From positions 1 through 58,852 of the IMG/VR virus record IMGVR_UViG_3300020463_000023: DNA of 58,852 nucleotides; one strand, written 5' to 3'. Each line of letters opens with the position of its first letter. Position 1 is the first letter of the stretch. Under the pieces are notes generated by a model. That model did not search any database and was not told the origin of the DNA. It was given only the letters and a program-made list of their open reading frames with translations. This document shows positions 37,468-46,710 of this stretch, piece after piece. The position numbers and the translations under genes are program-made. The stretch is from a virus. Taxonomy: Duplodnaviria; Caudoviricetes.

Positions 37468-37740
37468 TATGGCCCGTTCTGTTGCAAGGTGGGCCAAACC
37501 CCTGAAATTATTGGTTATTACGCCGCTAATCTCAATTCAGGCATACTGACTGTTAAATCAGCAAACCCTAATGCTTTTTTGTTTGCATTTAAAAACTGGA
37601 CGTAACCTCGTGCCTACTGGAAGTTCTCGTAAAAAGTTTCAACGTGAATCGATCCTAATTCCACCCCTCAAGTTTCATTGCTTAAATGGTGGAGTGGCTG
37701 GGAATTGCACCCAGGTCTTCACCGTCTATTGATTTTTAGT
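37468..37740 (-). ncRNA. ssrA: permuted two-piece tmRNA (alphaproteobacterial arrangement)
   Basis: acceptor piece first: T-arm CTGGG-TGCAATT-CCCAG then CCACTCCACCA (3' end 37687); 19-nt spacer; coding piece starts GGGGTGG..GGATCGA at 37667, giving a G3:U70 stem; tag 37586-37518 ANKKALGFADLTVSMPELRLAA then TAA TAA; 3' hairpin GGCCC..GGGCC; outer ends approximate. Confidence 0.92.
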
Positions 37741-37807
37741 CAACAAACTCAATTATAATTATAGCCTAAGGTTGACGTCTTGTCAACTTTGTGCTAAATT
37801 AGTTTAT

Positions 37808-38011
37808 ATGCCAAAAAATAGAATATTCAAGATCACAGACGGAACAGAGACCAAAGAGGTCGAGGCCATGTCTTTTAAGAAAGCAGTCAAGTCATTTCAG
37901 GGCAGTTCTAAAGCCAAGATGATAACTATCGAATGGATGACCAAGGGCGGAGAGCTCTTTGTCAAAGACCAGAAATTACCACTTGGTAGAAAGAAAAAGA
38001 TAGGACGTTAG
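37808..38011 (+). CDS. small basic early protein
   Basis: TTGACG-N17-TAAATT upstream; MPKNRIFK. Confidence 0.7.
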   Translation: MPKNRIFKITDGTETKEVEAMSFKKAVKSFQGSSKAKMITIEWMTKGGELFVKDQKLPLGRKKKIGR

Positions 38012-38024
38012 ACAAGAAGTGAGA

Positions 38025-38183
38025 GTGAGCCATAACCCATTAGTAAGATTGCTGGTAAAAGCCAGAATGGCCTATGCCGATCTGAGAGGACATCACGGCC
38101 ACAAGTGGGACTACGAGCCAGGCGAAAACTACATGGGCATGAAAAAAAGCAAGTACTGGCAGAAGAATCACAAAGTCAAATGA
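38025..38183 (+). CDS. 52-aa hypothetical protein
   Basis: hand translation SHNPLVRLLVKARMAYADLRGHHGHKWDYEPGENYMG; GTG start at 38025 or 38019. Confidence 0.55.
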   Translation: MSHNPLVRLLVKARMAYADLRGHHGHKWDYEPGENYMGMKKSKYWQKNHKVK

Positions 38184-38254
38184 CCAAGACGATGTGGACT
38201 ATATTACTGGTTTACACATCAATTTTTGTATACGGTTGCATTGTTCTAATCTAA
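38180..38254 (+). CDS. 24-aa single-TM peptide
   Basis: ATGA overlap; MTKTMWTILLVYTSIFVYGCIVLI. Confidence 0.45.
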   Translation: MTKTMWTILLVYTSIFVYGCIVLI

Positions 38255-38297
38255 ACACTAGCACTTTACTTTACACATCTTAAACCTAAATATTAGT

Positions 38298-38573
38298 GTG
38301 AAGCGACCAAAAACGAAGACCGCTTATTGGTCAATGATCCGTAAGAAGGCCCCAAAAGTGCCTGACATCACTTGCCCTGCTATTGACCAAATACTCAATA
38401 GATTGGAGAAACAAGTTGATAGGACTCTCACACTGAGACAATTCAAAACAATAGAACGCAGGATGGAGAAATTGCGTACTGCCAACGAGAAACTGCGAGA
38501 GTCTGGCATATACTGGCACGATGCCTGCAAAGACACAGTGAGGGACCTCCTCGGCAAGAAGAAAATGAGATAA
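38298..38573 (+). CDS. hypothetical protein
   Basis: TAAATA-N5-GTG; APKVPDITCP.ID..EKLR.AN..LR. Confidence 0.7.
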   Translation: MKRPKTKTAYWSMIRKKAPKVPDITCPAIDQILNRLEKQVDRTLTLRQFKTIERRMEKLRTANEKLRESGIYWHDACKDTVRDLLGKKKMR

Positions 38574-38581
38574 TTAAGTGT

Positions 38582-38794
38582 ATGTGGAAAGTACTCATCG
38601 TAATATGCACCCTAGGGAATCCGTGTCTCATGTTCGATGAAGACCCTGTCAAATGGTACAAGACCGAAACAGAATGCATGAAGGCGGCCGAAATAAAAGC
38701 GAGTGAAATGACAAATACATTCATAACTTTTGGATATTATGTTGAGAGCGAAGCACATTCTTGCATGTATGTCGTACAAAAAAACGAAGCCTAG
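38582..38794 (+). CDS. small four-Cys exported protein (family member 2)
   Basis: MWKVLIVIC..C..EDP..T..EC..C; TAATTA-N5-ATG. Confidence 0.7.
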   Translation: MWKVLIVICTLGNPCLMFDEDPVKWYKTETECMKAAEIKASEMTNTFITFGYYVESEAHSCMYVVQKNEA

Positions 38795-38795
38795 G

Positions 38796-38823
38796 TTGAC
38801 TGATCTCAGAAATATGCTATAAT
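38796..38823 (+). promoter_or_regulatory. sigma70-type early promoter
   Basis: TTGACT-N16-TATAAT with TG extension. Confidence 0.7.
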
Positions 38824-38897
38824 AATGATGTAATTTAGGGTTTATCCTATTGTAGGAATTCTGCCCTCGATTGCACTCATTAACTATAGGAGATCAT

Positions 38898-39977
38898 ATG
38901 AGCAAAGTAAAAATGCTTCTGGACGTTGTAAACGAAGTCAAGAAAGAAGCACCAGAAGATGTTCCAAACTGGAACAGCAAATTGGCAGAAGCCAAAGTTA
39001 ATTTACAGAATCAAATAGCCAAAGGCAGATTGTTGCCTAGAGGTGTTGAAGACCATCCCTTAGAACACTTCGCATTCAATTATTCAGTACAGAGAGATGT
39101 AAGGGCAGGACACGTGATGAACATCATGAAGAAGTTTGACCCTAGGGTCTGTTGCCCTGTGTCTGCAGTCAAACGTTCAGACGGAGAGACACTGTACATA
39201 TTCGACGGACAACACAGAGCAGTTGCCCTAGCACTGCTAGGTTGGAAGAAGATTCCAGTAACAATAGTAGAGACAGATGAACCGGCCTTTGATGCCGAAG
39301 CATTTGAAATAGTCAATGACTCGGGCATACTGAGGGCAGGCACAGAAGAGATACACAGATGCCTACTACACAGATACAAGATGGGCGAAACTGAAACTGA
39401 GAGGGTGGCCACAGCACACGCAGTACAAAAGATTTTTGATGAGTGTGGCATAGACCTAGAGCCCAAAAGAGTTAGGAAGAGTCCAGGTAAGTGTGGACCA
39501 AACAAGCATTACTTCTCACATTTTGATTACGCATACAAAGGCATCAAGATGTCAGGTGAAGAAGGATTACGTGATGCACTCAAGGCAATCAAAGAAGTGT
39601 ATGGTGACGAAGAGGGTGGAGAGATCAATCAGGGTCTGTTTATTGGATTGATGAAGCAGTACCAGATGGGTGCAGAGGCAAAGAGGTTGAGCAGACTGCC
39701 TGAGGATTGGATGTTGAAGATACTGTCCACAACCAAGGAAGTTTGTCCAAGTGCCACATTGATACACACGGCAACAAAGAAACAGTGGCAACACGCAAAC
39801 GGTGTTGGCTGGGACGCTCCGGTGGCGATGGGCCACATGCTGAAAGAAGTTTATCAGATAGAGCAACCCGAAGGCTTTGAACCGAGCTACATGCCAAACG
39901 TAGCACTGAAACTGGACGAGGGCGATATAGCATCAGATTCAGAGGCACAGACGGCGTTCAACAAGTATGTCAAATAA
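38898..39977 (+). CDS. ParB/Srx-fold DGQHR protein
   Basis: SVQR, FDP, YIFDGQHR; AGGAG SD before ATG 38898. Confidence 0.75.
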   Translation: MSKVKMLLDVVNEVKKEAPEDVPNWNSKLAEAKVNLQNQIAKGRLLPRGVEDHPLEHFAFNYSVQRDVRAGHVMNIMKKFDPRVCCPVSAVKRSDGETLYIFDGQHRAVALALLGWKKIPVTIVETDEPAFDAEAFEIVNDSGILRAGTEEIHRCLLHRYKMGETETERVATAHAVQKIFDECGIDLEPKRVRKSPGKCGPNKHYFSHFDYAYKGIKMSGEEGLRDALKAIKEVYGDEEGGEINQGLFIGLMKQYQMGAEAKRLSRLPEDWMLKILSTTKEVCPSATLIHTATKKQWQHANGVGWDAPVAMGHMLKEVYQIEQPEGFEPSYMPNVALKLDEGDIASDSEAQTAFNKYVK

Positions 39978-40182
39978 ACTCTGCTATTACATATGCAAGG
40001 TGACCAAAGCCGTGCCGGACTCGGTAAACTTCTTCGAAGATGAAGAGGAATATGGTTATGGTTTGCCTTGGAAAGATGTCCTTGCAGAAGTTGAAAAACA
40101 TTATCGTGATGGTGCAGATGCAGTGGAATTAGAAATGATAACGGAGGAACAGTTCAATGATAGACTACCAAAGCCTTGCTAA
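39967..40182 (+). CDS. small acidic protein
   Basis: overlaps both neighbours. Confidence 0.65.
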   Translation: MSNKLCYYICKVTKAVPDSVNFFEDEEEYGYGLPWKDVLAEVEKHYRDGADAVELEMITEEQFNDRLPKPC

Positions 40183-40687
40183 CCTACCAGAGATTAACTT
40201 CAAGGGCAAAGGCAGACCTGAGCTCAAGGAACTTGCAGAGTACATAGATCACATGAAAGCGGATCTCTTCAATGAACGTTGGAGCCAAGCCACCAAGAAG
40301 CACATCAAAACTTCATTGGTTCTTTACATAAGATCCATGCAGAAGCAGTTGGCACCCATGGGATACCATTACAAAGCACACAACGTCATTGGCAAACAAC
40401 ATCTTGAACACGTGATACCACAGAATAAAATCATCACTGCCTATCTACACGACAAGATATCATCTGAACTAGTTCTTCAGATGCCTTTGTGCTTGATCGA
40501 TGACGCTGACAAACACATACTGGAAGGAGACTGGCAACAGGCAGGCAATTGGGAGTACCCATTCCGTAGATACAAGTTGGCAGGATACACCAAGGTGATC
40601 AAAGATGTCCGTGGCAATATAGTAAATCTGGATACCTACACCTTACATGATCACTTCCGGATGTTGGGCGTGGTTGACTTATCTTAA
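40157..40687 (+). CDS. hypothetical protein with EHVIP motif (possible His-Me/HNH-like)
   Basis: HLEHVIP..LCLI..D..L..RY..AG. Confidence 0.55.
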   Translation: MIDYQSLANLPEINFKGKGRPELKELAEYIDHMKADLFNERWSQATKKHIKTSLVLYIRSMQKQLAPMGYHYKAHNVIGKQHLEHVIPQNKIITAYLHDKISSELVLQMPLCLIDDADKHILEGDWQQAGNWEYPFRRYKLAGYTKVIKDVRGNIVNLDTYTLHDHFRMLGVVDLS

Positions 40688-40708
40688 TATTTGTGTATAA
40701 TTAGAAAA

Positions 40709-40835
40709 GCAAATCCACCAGAGCTGGTAAGGTACCAATTCTCATTTGCAAACTACACATAGGAGACGCTCTACGTCGATGATGGATAGATAGCCGTAAG
40801 GCGAGGTTGGAGTCGATGACAGACTGGTGGAGAGC
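40709..40835 (+). ncRNA. candidate structured RNA or leader
   Basis: own promoter TTGACT-N16-TATAAT; TCCACCAG 40714 pairs with CTGGTGGA 40824; GCC-GTAA-GGC and TGGTA-AGG-TACCA hairpins. Confidence 0.4.
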
Positions 40836-40844
40836 TGAATCATT

Positions 40845-41354
40845 ATGCCAAGCGAGAAAACAAAGAAATTACTGGAGGGACTGGGCAAGATAACAGACTC
40901 TGCTCCCAGCAAGTTCGAACAACAGAAATTCCATTCCTACACTAACAGGTACTATCCCAACCTGTTACACCAACTGCCGGCATCCTACGACAAGGCCAAG
41001 AAGAAGAAGGACGAAGACGGCGACGAGTACATTATGATAGACAGGGTGTATGGATCACTTTATGAAAGTACACTGCACCAGAAAGATGGTACAATCTACA
41101 CAGGCAAGCTCTACAATAAACGTAGACTGGTTACCCGGAAGGATGCAATGACCAATGAGAAGAACAACTTTTACAGTGCCTGCGTGAGCACGGCAGATGG
41201 TAGATGGTTCGACAACTGTGGATTTCCAATAGAAGCACCCACTAAACTGGAACCAGAGAAACAGCCAGATCCAGAAGAACTAGAACTAGAGCGACAAAGG
41301 AAACTGGAAAACGCCAAGGCCAAAGAAGCGGCCATTTTGGCCAATCTTAAATAA
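40845..41354 (+). CDS. hypothetical protein
   Basis: 169-aa ORF, TADGRWFD. Confidence 0.7.
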   Translation: MPSEKTKKLLEGLGKITDSAPSKFEQQKFHSYTNRYYPNLLHQLPASYDKAKKKKDEDGDEYIMIDRVYGSLYESTLHQKDGTIYTGKLYNKRRLVTRKDAMTNEKNNFYSACVSTADGRWFDNCGFPIEAPTKLEPEKQPDPEELELERQRKLENAKAKEAAILANLK

Positions 41355-41520
41355 ATATTTCTGTAACGCCATCATTCCGATGACGTCGGCAAAAAAAACG
41401 ACATCTGTGCTTCAATGCACGTGCCGTGCCGTGTGCGACACCGCTAACACAATCAACATAGGTATAACACAGTGGTCTTTATTGACTCCTATTGCCTACT
41501 GTGTTATACTAAAAGGTAAT

Positions 41521-42432
41521 ATGGCAAATTTAAGAATCAGTGCTGAACAAATAGATAAATCACAAAATCGTTACGACAATAATAAATTTTTGCACGTCCA
41601 CCCTTATGACCCTAAAATATTAGAACAGGTAAGGCAAGATATGTTTAAACCACGTACCTGCAAAGAATTTATAGAATGGGTTGATACTCATCCGCACTAT
41701 GATGTAATTGCTGAGGCATCTAGCCAATACATTAGAGGCACTGAAAGGTCTGAAGTGTTTTGGAAATGTGCTCAGGTCAACACAGACTGGAAAGCGATCA
41801 TGGAAAAAATTTCTAATTATGCAAGGCAAAATAAAGTTGATGAAGAATTTAACACAGATTACACAAAGGAATGGCGTATACATGATATGAAAGCACAAGA
41901 CACTTTCGTACCTTTTAGGCATAACAGTGAGCTCGACAATCAAAGAAAGCATGGCTTCAAGAAACAGTATCAGCTCATAGAAGTTACCCTTACAGACATA
42001 TTTCCTGAATTAAAGGAAATCGAATCCGTTTTTGAAATGGAATGGGTGAAAACTGATATTAACTATCAACCAACTAGTGGTGCCTTCCCTAGACATGTAG
42101 ATTTTCTTTCCACAACTTTTAAAAGAGCAATAGAATACGATCCTGAGATTGCAAATACAATGTATGACCCAATGACAAAAAATCCGCAAGGATGGAGACT
42201 TAAAAGAATTTTGTTGGCCATGGACAATTGGTATCCTGGCCAACTTTTTGGATTCGAAGAACACAATTGGACAAATTGGGTAGCAGGTGAAACAATAGAT
42301 TTTAATTGGCCGCACTGTAGACATGCCACTGCTAATAGTGGATATAATGCGAGACCATTGCTTAAAATTACAGGTCTAGTGCGAGATGATCACTGGCTGG
42401 CCAAGAATGAATTTAGGGAGTTCAACATATGA
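41521..42432 (+). CDS. 2OG-Fe(II) oxygenase
   Basis: PRHVD, W.PGQ, W..G, HATANSG..RPLLKITG; TTGACT-N17-TATACT at 41482 sets start 41521. Confidence 0.75.
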   Translation: MANLRISAEQIDKSQNRYDNNKFLHVHPYDPKILEQVRQDMFKPRTCKEFIEWVDTHPHYDVIAEASSQYIRGTERSEVFWKCAQVNTDWKAIMEKISNYARQNKVDEEFNTDYTKEWRIHDMKAQDTFVPFRHNSELDNQRKHGFKKQYQLIEVTLTDIFPELKEIESVFEMEWVKTDINYQPTSGAFPRHVDFLSTTFKRAIEYDPEIANTMYDPMTKNPQGWRLKRILLAMDNWYPGQLFGFEEHNWTNWVAGETIDFNWPHCRHATANSGYNARPLLKITGLVRDDHWLAKNEFREFNI

Positions 42433-42665
42433 AATTTTTAGAACTGAGAAAAGAATTAGTTGATAACATAGATGCAATAACTGAATCAGATGTACTTCTT
42501 TTGGAAGGCAAATTGATATTTGAAAAGCAAAGCAAGGCTGATTTGGTTAAAAAATATTTACAAAACAAATTTAGTTCAACACATAAGATAATTGACTCCA
42601 AGCCTCTAGAATGGAAACATTGGTCAACCAAGTATGAAAGTGAATTACAATTAAGGAAAATTTAA
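42429..42665 (+). CDS. hypothetical protein
   Basis: ATGA and TAATG coupling. Confidence 0.6.
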   Translation: MKFLELRKELVDNIDAITESDVLLLEGKLIFEKQSKADLVKKYLQNKFSSTHKIIDSKPLEWKHWSTKYESELQLRKI

Positions 42666-43387
42666 TGCTTACTGAAAAAGAAAAATGGGAACAAATTGCA
42701 ACGGTAAATGATTATATCGATTTTTTGGAAGACAAGACTATCGATTGGAAAACCTTAAATGAAAGTTTTATTGATAAGGAAAGAAGCGGATTTTGGGTTC
42801 CAGCCAATATAAAAAATTTACCTAGTGCAAGTGAATTGATAGATAGGCAACCTGCAATCAAAGCCAACGAACTTAACCGAACTACCATGACACAAAGTGA
42901 ACTAGAGTTACACGAAAAACACAATTATGGTAACGGTTATGACAGACACGAAGCAGACGAAAGATTTTTAAAGATAGCGTCTTTACTTGGTTTTAATGAC
43001 ACTAGTGTTTGGATTAATAATCAACCTCCAGGAGCAATGATGGCAAGACACGTTGACACCATAAGTTGTCTTGTGCATGAAAAAATTGATGAAATCAAAA
43101 ATGATCCATTTGATACTGAACTAAGACAACCGGCGAACTCCAAACCCATTTATAGATGTTTTGTTGCTTTGGATGACTGGTACCCCGGGCAGATACTTAA
43201 TTTTGAACCTCAGTTCTGGACGGAGTGGAAAAAAGGTGACGTGTGTTTCTTTCATTGGCGTACGACTGCCCATAGCACTGCAAATACTGGTTGGCATCAT
43301 AGGCCTTTACTGAAAATAACCGGGACATTGAAGGATCCAAGTTGGGTTCATAGTGGCAAAATTAGGAGTTTTGATTATAATGATTAA
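42665..43387 (+). CDS. 2OG-Fe(II) oxygenase
   Basis: QPPG..RHVD, HSTANTG..RPLLKITG. Confidence 0.78.
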   Translation: MLTEKEKWEQIATVNDYIDFLEDKTIDWKTLNESFIDKERSGFWVPANIKNLPSASELIDRQPAIKANELNRTTMTQSELELHEKHNYGNGYDRHEADERFLKIASLLGFNDTSVWINNQPPGAMMARHVDTISCLVHEKIDEIKNDPFDTELRQPANSKPIYRCFVALDDWYPGQILNFEPQFWTEWKKGDVCFFHWRTTAHSTANTGWHHRPLLKITGTLKDPSWVHSGKIRSFDYND

Positions 43388-44438
43388 GTTTGTAGATCTT
43401 AATAGATGCTGGCAGGAACTTAAATCCGATCTTTTACCTGCCTATGACGGGATCCATACAAGTGGTATGGTGTCGAACGGAAAGTATAGGACATTGGTTG
43501 AAGACCAGTTAAAAGATATGACTGGAAGAAAACATTGTAGGTTAACGACATCAGGAACTACGGCCATACAAGGGTCTCTGATTGCATGGAATATTTTGCA
43601 AAAGAAGGTTGCCTGTACAAATTACAGTTATGTCGCAAGTACTAATCAGGCGGCACTGTTCAACGATGTAATTTTATTTGATGTAAATGAAAATGGAAAT
43701 ATTGTAATTGACTCGGATGTTAATGTCGATGCAATTATTCCTGTTAGCCTATTCGGTAATCCAGTTGACTATGATACAATAACATCACACGTAGGAAATG
43801 CAAAAATAATAGCCGACTGTGCCCAAAGTTTAGGATCCAAATACAAAGGCGCTCCAGATGGCAGTCTAGGCGATTGTTCTATTTTAAGTTTTGCAACAAA
43901 TAAGCCTGTACCGACTGCTGGAACACAAGGAGCAGTTTTGTTTGACGACGACAATATGGTAGAAAAAGTAGGTAGGGCTCTTAATAATGGCAAACTTTCG
44001 AGAAATTCAAGGATAGAGTCTCATGGAATAAATGGCAACTCCTATGAATTACAGGCGGCGCAAATACATTTTGGATTGAAGCGCCTAGAACAATGGCAAA
44101 GCAAAAGGAAACAGATATCAGAGTATTACATGTCTGAATTCAAAGATCTTCCCATCTGTATAATCAAAGCAGAAAAAAATTGTGATTCGAATTGGCATAA
44201 GTTTGTAATCAAAACTGACAAGAGAGATAGTCTTTGTGAATTCTTGAAACAAAAAGGCATAGATTCGCAAAAGCACTACACAGATAACTTCGCTGAATTT
44301 TTTGGATCTGGTAATGACGTTATGCCTACTACAGAAAAACTTTGTGCAACAGTTTTATCTATCCCTAACAATCAATGGCTGACTGATCAAGAAGTGAAAC
44401 ACATCAGCAATAATATCAAAAATTTTTTCAATGCTTGA
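43380..44438 (+). CDS. full-length DegT/DnrJ/EryC1/StrS aminotransferase
   Basis: MIKFVDL, SGTTA, PV.LFG, DCAQS, SFATNK, ELQAA, LSIP. Confidence 0.9.
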   Translation: MIKFVDLNRCWQELKSDLLPAYDGIHTSGMVSNGKYRTLVEDQLKDMTGRKHCRLTTSGTTAIQGSLIAWNILQKKVACTNYSYVASTNQAALFNDVILFDVNENGNIVIDSDVNVDAIIPVSLFGNPVDYDTITSHVGNAKIIADCAQSLGSKYKGAPDGSLGDCSILSFATNKPVPTAGTQGAVLFDDDNMVEKVGRALNNGKLSRNSRIESHGINGNSYELQAAQIHFGLKRLEQWQSKRKQISEYYMSEFKDLPICIIKAEKNCDSNWHKFVIKTDKRDSLCEFLKQKGIDSQKHYTDNFAEFFGSGNDVMPTTEKLCATVLSIPNNQWLTDQEVKHISNNIKNFFNA

Positions 44439-45720
44439 ATTGATTAACCCTGCTTTGGTCGGGATAGTTGCCGGACTGATAAGCGGATGTATTCCTGGAA
44501 TTGGCAACTTTGCAAGTCTTATTATTTTATTTCCATATCTAATTAACCTTGACCCATTACAAATATTAATTCTATATGTTGCATTGACAACTATATCGCA
44601 ATATATAGGCAGTATTCCTGCAATTACTTTTGGAATACCTGGAGAGTCTTCGTCTGTCCCTGCTGTGATAGAGTCACGTAATCTTAAAACACCTGAACAA
44701 ATATACCAAGCGATTGTGGGCAGTGCAATAGGCTCTACATTTGGTGGCTTAATTGTACTGGCAATCACTTGGGTAATGTTAGATTGGCTTATACACAGTG
44801 TACATTTCTTTAACACTATAATACAATTTTCTCTTTACTGCATAATGCTGATAGGAATAATTTTTGTTTTTAAAGAGAATAGATATTGGGTCAATGTATT
44901 AATGATTGCACTTGGATTATTGCTAGGGCTAATTGGATTTAATAAATGGACACAAACAACCTATCTCACATTCAATAATGATTTTTTATTTCAAGGTTTG
45001 CCTATGATAGTTATCGTCATTATCTTATTAGGCATTCCCGAGATACTTAAAAATTATAAGACAAAGTTGCAATATAAAGATATAAGTTATCAACGTTGCA
45101 AAATAAAATTTAAATGGATTCAGTCTAGTTGGTATAGCCTGCTAGGTTTTGTAGGTGGTTTAACACCTGGACTCACAACGACCATGTCAAGCCAATTAGC
45201 ATGGATGGATGCCAAGTTTCGGAAAAAAGATCCGGTCGATAGAATTATTGCATCAGAAACTGCCAATAACGCTGGTGCTTTCAGCCAATTACTGCCTCTT
45301 ATACTTCTAGGTATTCCATTGGTGGGCAGTGAAGCATTGGTGTTAGGTTTGTTAGAAGGCAAGGGTTTTAGACTTGACATGACAACTTTTAACGACATTT
45401 TTATTGTGGTTGGAATATCACTGTTGTTTATTAATATCATTGGATTATGTCTTGCATGGCCATTGGCAAAAACCATTGTCAAATTGTTTCGGTTTAACAT
45501 AAAAAAAATATACATGATAATCTTTTTATTATTCATAATGATTATTTTATATATTGGTTACATAAATTATCAAACTTATTACTATCTAATGGTTTCGATC
45601 TGCTTATTGCCACTTGCGTACATGCTTAGAAGAGTTGACACCATGCCCCTTATCTTTGCTTTCTTAATACATGACAGACTAATTGACACCGGATATAGAG
45701 TCATCAGTCTTTATTGGTAA
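44431..45720 (+). CDS. tctA: tripartite tricarboxylate transporter large permease (TctA family)
   Basis: G.IPGIG, Y.GSIPAI..GIPG..SS, GLTPG, ETANNA..PL..LGIP; many TM segments. Confidence 0.82.
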   Translation: MLELINPALVGIVAGLISGCIPGIGNFASLIILFPYLINLDPLQILILYVALTTISQYIGSIPAITFGIPGESSSVPAVIESRNLKTPEQIYQAIVGSAIGSTFGGLIVLAITWVMLDWLIHSVHFFNTIIQFSLYCIMLIGIIFVFKENRYWVNVLMIALGLLLGLIGFNKWTQTTYLTFNNDFLFQGLPMIVIVIILLGIPEILKNYKTKLQYKDISYQRCKIKFKWIQSSWYSLLGFVGGLTPGLTTTMSSQLAWMDAKFRKKDPVDRIIASETANNAGAFSQLLPLILLGIPLVGSEALVLGLLEGKGFRLDMTTFNDIFIVVGISLLFINIIGLCLAWPLAKTIVKLFRFNIKKIYMIIFLLFIMIILYIGYINYQTYYYLMVSICLLPLAYMLRRVDTMPLIFAFLIHDRLIDTGYRVISLYW

Positions 45721-45816
45721 TAAATATAATTGGAGTCAAGTAAAATTATATGTTTATTCTGTGGCTTGACTTTAATCTCCACATATATTACTATAATTTA
45801 AAAAATAAAAAAAGGA

Positions 45817-46692
45817 ATGAAAATGAATAAATTTATAGTAACTCTTATTGGCCTGATGCTATTCAGTAATGCAACCTTTGCCAAAGATAAACTTACAGTG
45901 TTAAATGCAGGCTCAAAAACGGGCTACTTCGCGATGCAGATGACTGCCATATCAAAAGATCTTTCACCACACTATGATGTTGATTTAAAGATACCTGGTG
46001 ATTATTGCACAGCAATTAAAATGTTGGAAAATATAAAAGGACCAGTCCTGATGCCATGGGCCAACGATTTCGAAGCGATTGGAAGAGATGGTACAGGATG
46101 TGCCACCCATGTTGTAAATCCTACACAGGTTGTTAGATATGATATATCTGTAATGTGCCTGTGTTCAATGAAATACGATGCCGAGTCAATGATGAAAAAT
46201 ATACACAACGTAGGACACACGGTGCCGGCCAAACCATTTGATAGGGCAATTACGGCTGTGAATGAATCCTTTGGGACAAAGTTAAAGCCTATCGCATACG
46301 ATGGTTCTGGGGCAACTAAAACAGGACTGTACAATGGAGAAGTTGATTTTGCCATGCTTTCATTTAAACATGGAAAAGATATCATTAAAAATGGTGGATC
46401 GTGTTTTTATGAATTCAGTGCTGACCCAAAAGGGAATTTCGAAGCACTCGGAATATTAGATCCTTCTAATAAATTACTGATCGCTGGGTATGATGCTGTC
46501 TGGTTGGCATTGAACATGACAGATGATCAAATTGCGGTGTTGAAAGATAGGATATTTACGGCTCACCAAAATCCAAATAGTTCAATCTACGGATACACAG
46601 ATGGGGGCAAAGCAATAAAAATATATTGGAACATGACAGCAGAACAAACAACGCAAATGTGGGAGACAAGTGTACAAAATTTAAGAGATTAA
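45817..46692 (+). CDS. TctC/Bug-like substrate-binding protein
   Basis: signal peptide (..ATFA); IAYDGSGATKTGLYNGEVDFA resembles Bug-family vpYkGg..a..l.GevD; adjacent to tctA. Confidence 0.62.
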   Translation: MKMNKFIVTLIGLMLFSNATFAKDKLTVLNAGSKTGYFAMQMTAISKDLSPHYDVDLKIPGDYCTAIKMLENIKGPVLMPWANDFEAIGRDGTGCATHVVNPTQVVRYDISVMCLCSMKYDAESMMKNIHNVGHTVPAKPFDRAITAVNESFGTKLKPIAYDGSGATKTGLYNGEVDFAMLSFKHGKDIIKNGGSCFYEFSADPKGNFEALGILDPSNKLLIAGYDAVWLALNMTDDQIAVLKDRIFTAHQNPNSSIYGYTDGGKAIKIYWNMTAEQTTQMWETSVQNLRD

Positions 46693-46710
46693 TTTTTACA
46701 CTACAATATT

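Noticed and set aside
37687-37730. tRNA-like T-arm and CCA end
   Set aside because: No D-arm or anticodon arm; it is the acceptor piece of the permuted tmRNA.
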